Source: Phaeosaccion multiseriatum | Taxonomy: Eukaryota > Protista > Ochrophyta, other classes | Direction: 5' to 3' | DNA: 64,000 nucleotides | NCBI GenBank assembly: GCA_965112735.1 | Contig: OZ218960.1 | Coordinates: forward strand, 2,914,001-2,978,000 | Shown: positions 23,329 through 36,700 of the stretch, one piece after another | How positions within the stretch are numbered: position 1 is the first letter of the stretch | How the letters are laid out: each line of letters starts with the position of its first letter | The notes under the pieces: generated by a model | Database searches by the model: none | Told to the model about the DNA's origin: nothing | The model's input: the letters and a program-made list of their open reading frames with translations, nothing else | Position numbers and translations under genes: made by a program

Positions 23329-26300
23329 CACACAGAGAGAGAAAGAGAAAGAGAAGAGAGAAGAGAGACACAGCGTGAAAGAAAGAGAAACAGAGGAAGA
23401 GAAGGAGAGAGAGTGTGTGTCGCCAGAGCACAGCCCAGCATACCACAGCAGGGTCAGGGTCAGGGTCAGGGTCAGGGTCAGGGTCTAGGTCAGGCTCAGG
23501 GTCAAAGGCAGGGTCAGGGTCAGGGTCAGGTTCAGAGACAGGGTCACAGGGTCCGGCTCACTCTGGTCAGGATAAGTCAGACAAGGCATGGTCAGCGTCT
23601 GTCTGGTCAGGCTCTGGTCGGGTGGATGAAGAAAGAATGGCAGTCTAAGCCTCCCCCCCCCAAAAAACCAACCTTCATGACGGTCAGATGCCAGTCCACG
23701 GCCAATGTGTCCCCATCCCTGATGTCCGCCACCTCCTCCTCCGAGTCCGCCACGAGACAGCCCACACAGCCACTCAGCCAGTGGCAGCGACTGCACGCCG
23801 TTCCGCTGCTGTTGACCCTCCGTAGACGGAAACCCCACACCGGCACCGGCCCTGCAAACAGATCCTCTGATGTGAGGCGCGTTTGGGTAGCAGCGGCCTT
23901 CTTCTTCCCCTTCGCTGTGTCCTTCATCTTCCCCGTTCCCCCTCCCCCTCCTCCCCCTCCTCCTCCTCCTCCCCCTCCTCCTCCTCTTCTTGCTGCGGCT
24001 GCGGCTGCTGCTGCTGTAGCTGCCTCTTGCTCGTGTTCCGCCCCCGCCAAGGCCGCTCGGAAACCTTCCTGATAGGCTTGATCCGCCGCCTCCACCACCT
24101 CGTCCACCCCTGGGGCATCCTTCACAAAGCGCCGCAGACGGGCGTACAGCATCTGATACAGAGCCCGGCCGCTGAGGGGAGGGGTGTGGGTGCGTGCGCT
24201 GCTGGCCACACACACAAGCGGAGTGCCGAAGACCTAATGGGGTGGAGGGACACATAAACACACACACACGCGCACACACACATACACAACACACACACAC
24301 ACACACGTGCGTTATGATCGGTGGTACACTGCGCCCCGTACGCTTGCGAGCTGAAACTGGAAACTGAAAGAGAGCCCCACACCCACGCACCTGCACTGTG
24401 TAGGGATTGACAAGAAACCTCTCCCCCCTGGCCAGGCAGCGGTGCAGCACTGCGAATAGAGGAGGGCGGGGCCCCACCTTCACCCGGGGAGGAGGAGGCG
24501 TGGCAGGAGGTGGCAGTGGATGGGGAGGAGAAGGTGGAGGGGGAGGAGGCTCGCTGGAAGGCACGGAAGCGCCACCACTTAAGGGAGCAGCGACAGCAGA
24601 TGGCACACCAGAGGCAGCATCGTCGCAAGGAACAGGAGACACCCCGTCTACCCCGTTCACTCCCCCCACCTCCCCCTCCTCCCCGTCCTCCTCCTGCTCC
24701 TCCTGCCCCTCCTCCTCCTCCTCGTCCGGCAGCCTTCTCTCCAGCTCGAAGATATGCAGCACTTCATTCTCTCTCACAGAGGAGAGCTTGCGCTCCGGTG
24801 AAATGGTCGAAAACACCTTATGCAGCACCACATCCACCACCACCAAGTCCTGAGCTGCCATCCCGGGGCTCAAGTAGCATCGCCGAATGCGCTCAGAACG
24901 TGCACGTGCAGACTCGACCTCCTCGTCCTCGTCCTCCCCGGTCAGAGAGGAGGAAGAGGATACGGAGGAGGAAGAGGAGGAGGAGCAGCTGCGGAGAGAT
25001 GAAACCGACGAGACGGAGAGGGAGCGGCGCGGGTGGACAGCACCAGTCGTGCCAGCGGCATTGGCCTGTGCATCGCTCTCCATCACGCCGCTGTTATCTT
25101 CATCCCCCCCTCCGCCACTCCCCTTCCCGTCTCTCCCTCTTTCTCTTCCTCCGCGTCCTTCCTCTCCACATTGCCCGTCTGGTGCGCCCTCCTCCTCCTC
25201 CTGCTCCGCCACCGCCTCGTCCACACATGGACACTCTTCCTCCCCATGTGGAGTCTCCTCCTTCTCGTCCTCCTCTTCCTCCTCGTCCTCCCCCTCTGCT
25301 CCCCTCCTCCCAGTGGTTAGCAGCTCAATCAAGGCCGTGAGCACATGTCTGACGCTGCCCGTCTTGTCTACCCGAAGACCGCATTTAATCGGGCATTTGG
25401 CCCCATCCAAGGGCACGAATAGGACGTGTACAGAGCGGGCCGAGTCCTCGGGGAGCGGCAGCTGGGGTATTATGGGCATTGGGGGTATTATGGGGATGGA
25501 GGATGGGTATGGACCGCCGAGGATAGAGGAGGAGTATGGGTGCACGAGTACAAGGGGTGGGCACGGAGACGCAATGGGACGAGTGAAGGGAGGGAGGGAA
25601 GGGGGTCGATCAGCGATGGTGTGGCCACTCAGAGAGAGAGAGGGAGAGGAGAGAGAGAGAAAGAGAGAGGAGGGAGGGGGGGGGGTGCACACGCACACAC
25701 ACACATGCACACACGCACACAGACACACGCCCACACACACAAACACACGCAAACGCATGCACGCACACGCGCACGCACACACACGCACACACACGCGCAC
25801 GCACACACACGCACACACACGCAACATGGCCCGACACCAAGTACCTGGAGGAAGGTGAAGGGCTCGAAGCGGGCGGACTCGTAGCCGCACTCTCCACAAG
25901 TCAGTAGAGACTTGAACTGACCGGCGAAGAGCGCCGTCTTAAGAGAGAGGATAGTTGGTGATACAAAGGGGAGAATAAAGTATCAGCCTGCATGCTTGTC
26001 TCTGTCTCCCTCTCAGTCAGTCAGTCAGTCAGTCAGTCACTCAACCACTCACACACTCACCATGATCGAAAAGTCTCTCTTGAGGTGGTTTCTCCACCAG
26101 ATGTCCGCCAGCAAGCTGTCATTGCGGCCGTCACTGCAGCAGAGCAGAGCACATTCACATCAAAGCAAGCAGCAGAGCATTCACATCAAAGCAAGCAGCA
26201 GCAGCAGCAGAAGCAGCAGCAGAGCATTCACATCAAAGCAAGCAGCAGCAGCAGCAGGAGCAGCAGCAGCAGCAGCCAATGAGGGGTGAGTAAGACAGAC

Positions 26301-27555
26301 CGGGCAGACTAGAGAAACCCCTCTCCTAAACCCCATCACTGGGGAACCCCTCTCCTATACCCATCACGTCTCCCTTCCATCTCGGAACTCTACGTCCCTC
26401 CTTCGATTCCACCGACATTCGATATCGACATTGACATTGATATCGATATCCATCTGCATTGATTGGTACTGGATAGGGCATAATAACCGGAACTGAAACT
26501 AGAACTGCAACCGACCTGTCTGGCTGCTCGATGTAGGGCTTCACGGCCACGCGGTTCAGATCCTCGTTGAGACCGTTTAGCAGGAAGGCAAGCAGCTCCT
26601 AGAGAGTCAGTAAGGCAGTGAAGGGGCAGTAAGTCAGCGAGGGGGCAGTATGCCAGTGAAGTCAGCAGCCCCTCTGCAGCAGTCAATACGCACTCGCGGA
26701 GAGGTTGGCCTCCCTCCACTGACTGACTGACTGACTGACTGGCTGACTGACTGACTGACTGGCTGACTGACTGACTGACTACTGACTGACTGACTTACTG
26801 ACCTGTGCGTCGTGCTGATCGTGCCCTGCGAAGACTTCGTTGAACTTGGCGATGGCGTTCTTGAAGCTCTTGGGGGTCACACACGTCCTATTTGTGTGGA
26901 TGGATGAATACCAATTAATGGAGAGGGGGTGGATGAATACCCATAGTTGAAGGGGGAATGGATGGCCATGGGGGTAACGGTTGTGTTGTTGTTACAATAC
27001 AAGTGGTAACGGTTACAGAACAAGTAGTGACGTATCCTACTCCTCCTCTCCTCCACTTGTTCCTTCTTGTGTCTTACGTACTGCCTACGCACTGCCTGCC
27101 CACTGCGTTCCCACTTACTTGTCCGCCGTCCACAGCTCCTGTACCAGTTGGTGATACACCTGCGCAAGCTTCCCCTGCAGGCCCAGCTTGTTCTCCACGT
27201 TGATATCGCCGAGGAAGGCGCCTGAGGTGAAGTACTCCGTGAGAAGGGGCGTGTGACTCAGGCACTGGAGGGGGGGGGGAGGGGACGGGAGAGGGGGAGG
27301 GAGAGGGGGAGGGGGGGTAAGTCCGCTGCCTAGTGATCGTGTCTCGCGACACAGAAACACACTAAAGCGACACGCACACGCACACGCACGCACACGCACG
27401 CACACACATGCACACACGAACACACACGCGCACACACGCATCTGCATGCCTACTACGGACCTGAATGGAGGCGTTCAAGTAGCAACTGTTGCCCAAATTG
27501 TTGAGCCCCACCAAGCCGTTTCCGAGCTTCTGCTGCTGGATCACCAACTGCTGCC

Positions 27556-27587
<32 letters not shown>

Positions 27588-30500
27588 ACCACTGACTGCC
27601 TCTGCTGCCCTGGCTGCCCTGCCAGCCCCTGCTGCCGCTGCTGTATGGCCAACTGCTGCTGATGCCGAGCCTCCTCCTCCTCCTTCTCCTCCTTCGCCGC
27701 CTGCAAGTCCGACTGCAGCTGCGACCTCGGCCATGAGCCATCTGTGAGTGCGATCTCCAACAACAGCAGCTGCCCGTCGTGCAACCCTGCCTCCTCAAGA
27801 GTCTGCCCATCCAACGCCAGCACAGACTGAGCACCAAGTTCCTCCTCTGGAGGGTTGCGGTTGGCGTAGTTCCACAGATGGCAGCGATCGGGCTCCACAT
27901 TGAGCATGGAGCACAAGTGGTGTAGGAGGGCCTCCACAGTCGCCACTCGAGAGAACAAGACCTCCTTGTGGGTCGGGTTGGGTCTCCCCTCGTGGTTGCA
28001 GGTGCATATCTTGAAGGCATACGGGTACAGCTCCAACTCTAGCACCCCTCCTTTGCCCACAATAACACTACGGGGGATGGGCGGCCCCCCTCCGTACCAA
28101 GCCTGCAGAGCGGCCCAAACCCGAGGGGGCAGTACCTCGTAGTGCATGCCGGGGGAGAGTCCGTCAAGTAACTGCCCGCTCCCCGTCTTGCGCATGAGCG
28201 GCCAGTTGGAGATTTGCCCCGGTTGCTGTATCACCACCTGCTTTACTTGATGGTTTCCCGCCACCCCTGACGACGGCCCCCTCCTTGATGCATGCAATGC
28301 TTCCTCTGCTGTACCACCAGCTGCTGCTGCTGCTACTACTGCCGCCGCCCCTCCCGCCCCACCTCCTCCTCCCCTCCTGCCGGTGTTGATGTGCGAGGAG
28401 GAGACGGAGGAGGAGGAGGAGGAGGAGGAGGAGGAGGAGGAGGCGGCAGCAGCGCTCTCGTGGGGGAAGTGCGAGTACCGACACCAAGCCGCCCACCAGG
28501 AAGACTCCACTAGGTACCATTTGGTGCCTTCCGCGCCGTACTTGCACCTCCGGGACGGGGGATGCATGAGCCTGTGGCGCCGCTCAATCTCCACCACCAC
28601 ATTCCTCTCCTGGATTGGCAGCGCTGGCTGAATGCCCAGCTCGGCAGCGCAGAGGAAGAGTAAGTCATAAAGCAGTTGGGAACGCCCCGAGTGGGCCGCA
28701 GTCCACGCCATGAAGCCGGCGAGGCTCACGCACTTGGTGCTATGCACGCTCACACTACTAGCGCCGCCATCTGTGCGCCTTCCGCTGCCGCTGCTTGTGC
28801 TGCTGCGGCTGCTGTTGCGGCTGCTGTTGCTGCTGCCACTCGCTCCCCGGTGATGATGCCCACTCCCACCCCCAATGCTGAAGCTCCTCTTCTTTCTCAT
28901 GCCCCCACCACTGCTCCTCCCCGTCCTGTCATCCCCCCCCCCCCTGGCTTGGCCGTCCTTTTGGAGCAGACCCTCCTCCTCTTGCCCTTGCCTTCGTTGC
29001 CTGTCCTCCAACCCATTCGCTGCTGTATCCCCAACTGCTGCCGTATCACCAACCGCTACCCCTGCTGCCGGTGCCTGCCCGACGGACGCCGCCCGCAGCC
29101 TCTGTCTCGCCCCTGCTCCAGCTCCAGCGTTCTCCTCTCGCGGTACGTCTCCTCCCCCCTCTAAGTGTCGTTTCGGCTGCATCAAAAGTGCCCCCTCTGT
29201 TGCGCCGTACGCTGCTGCTGCCCCTCCTCTTGTCCTTCCAGCTGTCCCTCCTGTTGTCCCTCCTGCTGCCCCTTCTGCTGCCTCACGCTCATCGGACGGA
29301 GGCGGAGTGGGAGTGGGCGTGGGCGTGGGCGCGGGCGGAGATGGGGCAGCAGGTCGTCGCTCTACCACGTACTTGTCCGACAGAGCCGCCAGCTCGTCAA
29401 ACAAGGCGTCCATGATGGCTCTCATACCCACTGTAGGGTCGTAGCCCAAAAGTTTCAGCCCATACGCCACAGGCTCATCTACGTGCCGTCGGTGGTTGTG
29501 TGAGTGGTGGTGGTGGTGGTGGTGGTGACGATGATGCTGGTGGTGGAGGTGGCGGTAATAGTACAGCCGATGACGCTCGCCGCTCGTGGGACCTCCTCCT
29601 CCCCCATCTCCTCCTCCTCCTCCTCCTCCTCCTCCTCCTCCTCCTCCTCCTCCTCCTCCTCCCTCCGCTTCTCCATCTCCTCCTCCCTCCCCTCCTCCTC
29701 CCCCTGAAGAAGAAGCAGATCCCCCCTTGCGTTGCTGTTGCAGCGCCTGAGGCTTCATAGCCTGAGGCTTCATAGCCTGAGGCCGGCTGTTGCTGACCCC
29801 AGGTACCTGGTCCCTGAGGAAGTGGTGCAGGGAGAGAGAGAGGAGCGCGTCCTCCACCTCGTCGTATCCAAGCACGCTGGTGTCAGGATGGAGCGTCAGG
29901 CCAGAGGGGGGAGTTTGAGTTTGAGTTCAGTAGGGGGACCTTCCCCTTTCCCATGTACCGAATACGATACCAAACACAAGAGATCGCTATTGAATGGGAC
30001 AGGGAGAAGAAGTTAAAGATAGGTAGGTAGGTAGGTAGGTAGGTAGGTAGGTAGGTAGGTAGGTAGGTAGGTAGGTAGACAGGAAGGTAGGTAGGTGGGT
30101 GGGTAGGTAGGTGGGTGGGTAGGTAGGTAGGTACGTAGGTAAGTAGGTAGGGAGGAAGGAAGGAGGTAGGTAGGTAGGTAGGTAGGCAGGTAGATAGGTA
30201 GGTAGGTACGTGGGTAGGTCGGTCAAGGTAGGTAGGTAGGTAGGCCGGTAGATAGGCCGGTAAATAGGTAGGTAGGTAGGAAGTAATCAGTGCAGCGATT
30301 GCCGCCTTGTGTCGGCAGGCCCCATCGGTCAGTGGGGAGTCAGTGGGGAGGAGGAGGAGGAGGAGGAGGAGGAGGAGGAGGAGGAGGAGGAGGAGGAGGA
30401 GGAGGAGAATGGCAGTGGGTGCATGCCGACCATAACAACCACCGCCTCTGTTCCCAACTGCCACAGCAAGTGAACTTGCACACTTACCCATCCTCGTCCT

Positions 30501-31018
30501 GATCAAAGACTCTGAAGAGGCAGGCGAGGCGCTCCTCCTCGGCACTCGCTCCGGTAGCCACACACGTGCAGCAAAAGGTCAGCAGGTCCACCACCGTCCA
30601 GTACAGCCGCCCCGACTCACTCTTGGCAAACACTTGAAACACTCGTCGAGATACCTCCTCCTCCATCCGAAGTAAGGGTTGCACCAGCAGCTGACACCAG
30701 GCGGCTTGGTCGAGTCTACCCGACCGACTCTGGTGACAGAGGTGCATGTGCGTTTGTCGTATCTTGTTAACAAAGCCGCCGGACACGCGGAACTTCGTCA
30801 CCACCTTGGCAAGGTCCCTCTCCGGGTTGTACCGCTGCTCCAACTGGCGAATACCCGTGTGGGGCAAGGAGAAGAGCGAGGTGGGGCTGGATGACGAACA
30901 CAAGCACCTAAACCACCGCACCACGAGGTCGCTGGCCGGGCTGCCGCTGTGGCGCTGCTGCAAGATGCGGGCGACAAAGTCGTCCATCGTCAGCACGTCC
31001 GAATCCCACTGCTGCCGC

Positions 31019-31054
<36 letters not shown>

Positions 31055-32019
31055 GGCTGCTGCGGCTGTAGGTAGTACGTGGGGCTCTGCCCCCCCGCAC
31101 GTCCAGGGGGGCCACAATTGCTGGTGCTTGTAGCGCTGTCCGGGCCATTGCTCGCGTCGCTGCCTGCCGTCCCCTCGGTCAGCGCCCCTCCGTCCCCAAG
31201 GAGGCCATACCCGTCGCCGCCATCCATGAGAAAAGAAGACTCCACCTCCCGTCGTCCCTGCTGGTAGACACCGCGACGACTGCCACTGCTGCTGCTGCTG
31301 CTGCTGCTGCTGCCCAAGTGACTGCTGCTTGACCCCAGCCCGTGGAACAGCCAGTCCACGCCAGCAGCCACCACCCGGGGGTCGAAGTGGGTCGCCGGAT
31401 AGACCACTTGCAGCAGCCTGTGCACATCGTCGCGCTGAATCTGCCCCTCCTGCCTAACATCGTAGCAGCGGAAGAGCAGCTTGGCCCAGTCCTCTGTGGA
31501 GCCTCGAAGCATGATTGCCACGCCCGACACGAACTGCTGCTGCGTCAAGTGGCCCTTCCTGCCGGCGTCAAAGGCGTCGAAGAGCTGGTCAGAGGCCGCC
31601 TTGGGCAGCATGGGGAAGGCCGCAAGGAAGTACAGGTGGAAGCTTCGCGGGTCAAGGGTCCCTCCTGCTGCCCCCCCACCCCCTCCCCCTCCTGCTGCCC
31701 CCCCGGCCCCTCCCCACCCCCCTCCCCCCAACCAATACCCGCCCCAGCCGCCTCCACGTGTGGTGCCGCCCGTAACAGGGGTCCCGACGGGCACTCCCCC
31801 ACCATATACACCGTTGCTGCCTGAGCTGACCCCGTTCCCGCCATCTGTGAGCCTGCCGCCGATGCTGCTCTCGCCGCTGCTGTTCCTGTCGCCGTCGCCT
31901 GCCTTGCCTCCCCCCTGCAGCCTACGGAAGGCTGCCTCGACCTCAGCAGTGGTCTGGGCACCGAGCAGGAGCTGTGCATCCTTGTAGGCCACTATTGGCT
32001 TGGAGCCGGACAGACCCAT
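21442..32019 (-). CDS. USP32: Ubiquitin-specific protease, USP32-like (EF-hands, DUSP, UBL, split USP domain), about 12 exons
   Basis: N-terminal MGLSGSK; EF-hand-like [26 protein letters not shown]; [32 protein letters not shown]; Cys box [18 protein letters not shown]; [20 protein letters not shown]; [10 protein letters not shown]; His box [32 protein letters not shown]; C-terminal CALM. Confidence 0.9.
23448..23550. repeat. (CAGGGT)n hexamer array, intronic
   Basis: More than 12 degenerate tandem copies. Confidence 0.85.
30019..30280. repeat. (AGGT)n microsatellite, intronic
   Basis: Directly visible. Confidence 0.92.
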
Positions 32020-32690
32020 CCGCGCCCAATCCCGCCTGATGCAGAGAGTGTGTGGACTCTGCACTGGCTTGGCCCTGTTCAGTTGCTCGTACCGGCATAG
32101 TAGCGCTGCCCCCGCGGCTCGTTGGGTGCCGGGGAGCCCATTGCAGCCAACAACTCTGCAGCCACTAGCCGAGCTCAGTCACTCATTGATACGAAGGAAG
32201 GCGTTCTCTTCCTCCCTTCTCCTCTTATCGCTCTGCTGCTGCTGAACTGAAGTACATGGAAGGTGCTGATGCTCTGACCTGAGGGAAGATGCCAGGGTGG
32301 GAGAGTCACAGCAGCAGATGGGGGGAGGAGCAGAACAGCAACGTTAGATGCTTTTTAAGGGGAGTCGAGGAGGAGGGGGCGGGGCTTCTTCAAAGCGAGA
32401 TGTGTCGGCGAGAGCGGAAGGCCGCAGAGGAGGGCTCTAACGAGAATAGAAAGTTAAGTAAAGACCACGCAGACTTCCCACACACCACAGGCACACACGT
32501 ACCTCGATGAATGCGAGAGCAAAGCACGAGAGAGATCGGAGAGAGGAAGCGTGGGTGTGGGACGTACGCCTCCAAATGCTTTGTTGGCTTTTCTGATATC
32601 CTTTTCTTCCCCCCCGCCCCCCTCTCCCTTCCTCCCCCTCTGTTCCTTAAGCGCTGGCATCCCATGGGGAGTTGACGCCAGGCTCCTTCG

Positions 32691-33551
32691 ATGAGGAGAA
32701 CGTGGTACACGGTACAGAACAGAAGTGGGGAGTATCGGGGCTTGCCCACCGACATTAGCCGTGGCAGTGTCAGTGGTATTGAAAGTGGCACTCGCAGAAG
32801 TACTCTGCACAGCCGATACTCCCAGAGCCATCGCCATTCTTCGAGAGGACTCTTATCGTCGCGATGTGGGTACTGCTGCGGCCGATCGGTGCTGCGTGTG
32901 CTCCTGGCGGTGATCTGCCTTGGATTGGCGCTCGTAAACTTGATGAGTGGGCGGCGGCAACCCCAGACAGGCGTGAAACAGGGCAAGACGGGCAGGGTGG
33001 AGCCTCACGCCGCGCGATCGCGAGTGATAATAGCGGAGTTTGGACGCGTGCTAGCGGCGGCAGAGATAGATGGAGAAGGGGGGAGTCGTGCGGAGAGGAG
33101 GGGGCAGAGCGACGAACACGCCAATGCAGGGGAAAGGGCGAGGAGGAGAGCAGCAGCAGAGGGCAATCTGCAGCGAGAAAAAGAAGAAAACCAGGAAGAA
33201 CAAGAGCTTCGCCGAGGGGCGCAGCAGACCGAGAGGAAGCAGCAGAAGCAGCGTGGGGCGGGGGAGCGGGGGTTGGAGACAGCCCGACATGGGCCGGGGC
33301 AAGAAGAGAAGCAGGGGCAGCAGAGGCTGGCATTTGCAGTGTCGTTTGTCGCCGCTGACATTAGCCATGTGATTGACATGCTCCAGTCGTGGGAGGAGCA
33401 CCCTCCCTGCGACGCCTCCATCTCGAACCCGCCACTGCCGCTACCTAGGGAGGTAGACCTGCTGTTCCTCTTTGACGGAGCGGCGCAGGAGAGGAGCCCC
33501 ATCAAGGGGGAGGACGATGGAGAGATTCTAGAGCTGCTGCGCCAGCAGGTA

Positions 33552-33592
<41 letters not shown>

Positions 33593-33673
33593 TACAATGA
33601 CTGGGGAGGTGGAGGCTTTCGACCGGGAGCGGATCTCAGACTGCTTTTTAAGCCTCAAGCCTCCTGGAAAGCA

Positions 33674-33704
<31 letters not shown>

Positions 33705-36700
33705 AGCATGAGAAGCATACAGGTGCACTTACACTTGCACGCACGCCCCCCCCCCTCCCTGTTCTCGGTCCTTCCCCCCCCTTTCATACATACACACACT
33801 CTCTCTCTGCTACCCCCCTCGCTCTCCCGAACTTTGCCCGCTCTTTCTTTTCGGCCGCGGGGGTGTGGGTCTCCAGGTCGACATGAGCTTGTGGAAGCAC
33901 TGCTTCAAGCGCATCTCCCTCCACGGCTTGGCGGAGGCGTCATCCCTAGACGACACCCCACCCCAAGGGCCAGAAGGAAGGGGGCAGGAGAAGAACAAGG
34001 CACAGGCTCAAAGTCACGAGAGAGTGCGACGCTCCGAGGCCCTGCGCCACTTGTCGGCAGCGGACAGAGCCGCTCTTCTCTTGTACGGGCTGTTCCCCAC
34101 GGTGGAGCGGCAGCACTGGGGAGGAGAGGAGGGGGGGAAGAAGGACTCAGAGCTGGTGCGACATACTCAGACTGGAGACAGAAGAAGCAGCATGAGCACC
34201 AGTAGTAGTTTCAGTAATGGCATGTATCGGGCTGTGTTTGCCTCGGAGTACAGCACTCGGCCCTCGAAGGACTTGTGGCTTGGCGCCATCGTGGAGGTGA
34301 GTGCCGAGTGGGAATGGAGGGACGGAGGGGAGGATGTACGTAGGAGTGGCGGCAAAAGAAACGGCTCCCCGACGAGAGAGACACGACTCTTTCTCTCTCT
34401 CTCTCTTTTGGCACGCTCCTCTTTGCTTGTCTTGCTTGTGCAGTCGGACCCCTCATCGCAAAGAGCCAAAATTGCCCCCCCCCCCCCCCGCCCCTTCCTC
34501 TCTGTCCTCCTCCCCTCACGCAGGCGGCCGAGGGGCTGGGCTGCCAGGCAGAAGGCAGCCTATGGCAGCTGAGCAGCCCTGCCACCTGCCACCCTCCACC
34601 CCCCCCCGTCCCTCCTTCTTCTCCTCCTCCTCCTACGCCCGCTGCGCTGCACCGAAACGGCCTCTATGTGGTGGGGTGTCCGGCGTTTCGCGACTTTGTG
34701 CGTGAGGCGAGGGTACGGGCCAGTGAAGCTCTGGACGAGGGTCGAAAGGAGGGTGGGTGCGAGGTGGCCGGTGAGTAAGCAGTTGTGTGTACGATATAAA
34801 GAGATTGGGAACGACTGTTTTGATGGATTTTGGAGAACGTGGATTGGGCAAGCGAGGAATGGGAGGGTAATTGACCCCTCCCTCTCCCTCTCCCTCTCCC
34901 TCTCCCTCTACTTGTCTCTCCTCTCACTTGTTCATCCATCTCTCTTTCACGTACATGCATTTCCTTCCACCTCTTTCGTGGGCAACACACAGGCTGTGGG
35001 GTCTGTGGAAAAGAGGGGGAAGGCGCAGGCGGAGGGGTGGGGGGGGTGCTTTGGCAGCACCGCATGGCGTTACAGAACGGCACGCGCGCACAGGCGGAGT
35101 CCGTGAGGGGGCGCTTCGCATACACAAGCCTGCTTGCTGCGAGCTCCTGTGGCGGGGACTACAACTCTGTCGATGGGCCAGGGGGTGGCGTATCACCAAC
35201 TGTTGTGCTGGTGCTGGACGACGACTGGGCGCTGCTTTCAGATACGGAGAGGACGCTCCGGCGAGCGGTGAGGGGTGCCTTGGGCAGAGGACCGAGCAGG
35301 GCGGAGCGGTGCAGGCATTATGCTCGCCTCAGGAGCGGCGAGATGACGCGAGAGAATGTGGTGGAAGAGGTGTGTGTGCACCACCAGCAGCAGCAGCAGA
35401 AGGGCGAGGGGGAAGAGACGTTGTCAGAGACGTGCCAATCGGCGCTGCAAGTGAACGATAGCGGAGGAACGCAGCAGCAACAGCAGTTGGTGGTACAGCC
35501 GCAGCCGTGGGTAAAGCGCTTTCCGGGGCAGGTGTACTTGTGGACGGTGGACTTCCACGCCGGCCCAATCGCGTGCAATATGCCCCTCCTGCGCGAGGCC
35601 GGGGTGGTGGTGCACGCAGAGGTTGACTTTTCGAACTGCGTGTACACGGGTGGTGTGTGTAGGGACAGGCTCAAGGTGCTCCGCCTCGACAAGTGGCGAG
35701 GGGTGTCGCTTGACTCTCCCTCCGGTGGGGATTCTCCCGGTGGGGACTCCTCCTTCCCGGGGAGCGGCAGTGGCAGAGTCGCACGCGACTTTCGGGCGGC
35801 GTATGTGAAGGATGAGGAGATGCGGGATAGGGTGGATGTGGTAATCTGCTCGCACCCAGCCGCCAACTGTGAACTCTTCCTCGAACTGCCATCCCATAGG
35901 GGGAAAGGGAAGGAGAAAGGGGATGAGAAAGCAGCAGGGGGGAGGGCGGTGGAGGAGGCGGTCATCGGAAAGGAGACGAGCGAGGAAGGTGAAACGCCTC
36001 TGTTGGCGCTGGTCGTATACGCCACCACGAGGCTGGAGTTTGGAAGGGACGATGCCGGGGTGCGATGGAGACTGCCCTTCTACGATGAGCGCACGGCTCC
36101 CAAGCGATGGGAGGGGTGGGTACGAAGCGTTATTGCGATTCATCGGCGGGCGAATGGGGTGGTCCTCGCCAACAATCGTTACGACGCCATGTATATAACA
36201 TATCACACAGGGGTGGAGGTGCAAGTTGTGCCGTCTTGGTGCGGTGATAACGACTCCAGCTATGGCTCCGAGTCGGCGTGCGGCGGGTTGCCTGTGGAGG
36301 GCAGTCGAGGGGCGGCGTGGAGCAAGACGACAAAGGGGAAGAGCGGGGGCGGGGAGGACAGGAGGTGGTGGTGGTGGTGGTGGCGGCGGCGGGGAAGGGA
36401 CGGTGGAGGTGGTGGGGTAGGGGGCTCCCCTCCTCTCCATGATGATGCTGACGCCTCGTCTAAGGAGTCCAAATCGGAGGATTGGTATGGGCACAGGGAG
36501 CCCCTCTCTTACCTCCCTGTGAGGAACTCGCTTGTGATTGGGCCATACCGCACAAACCTCGACCGCACTCGGATGGACAATCTCAACGCACCCCCCCGGG
36601 ACCACCCTATAATGAAGGGGCTGTTCGAGGCCTATAGAGGTCAGGAAGGACTTTTATTTTCCTTGGCTTGCTTTGCTGGATGCCCCACCCCCCGCCTGTT

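Noticed and set aside
23448-23550. Interstitial telomere repeat
   Set aside because: The unit is CAGGGT (TCAGGG), not TTAGGG/TTTAGGG. It is intronic and one of many SSRs.
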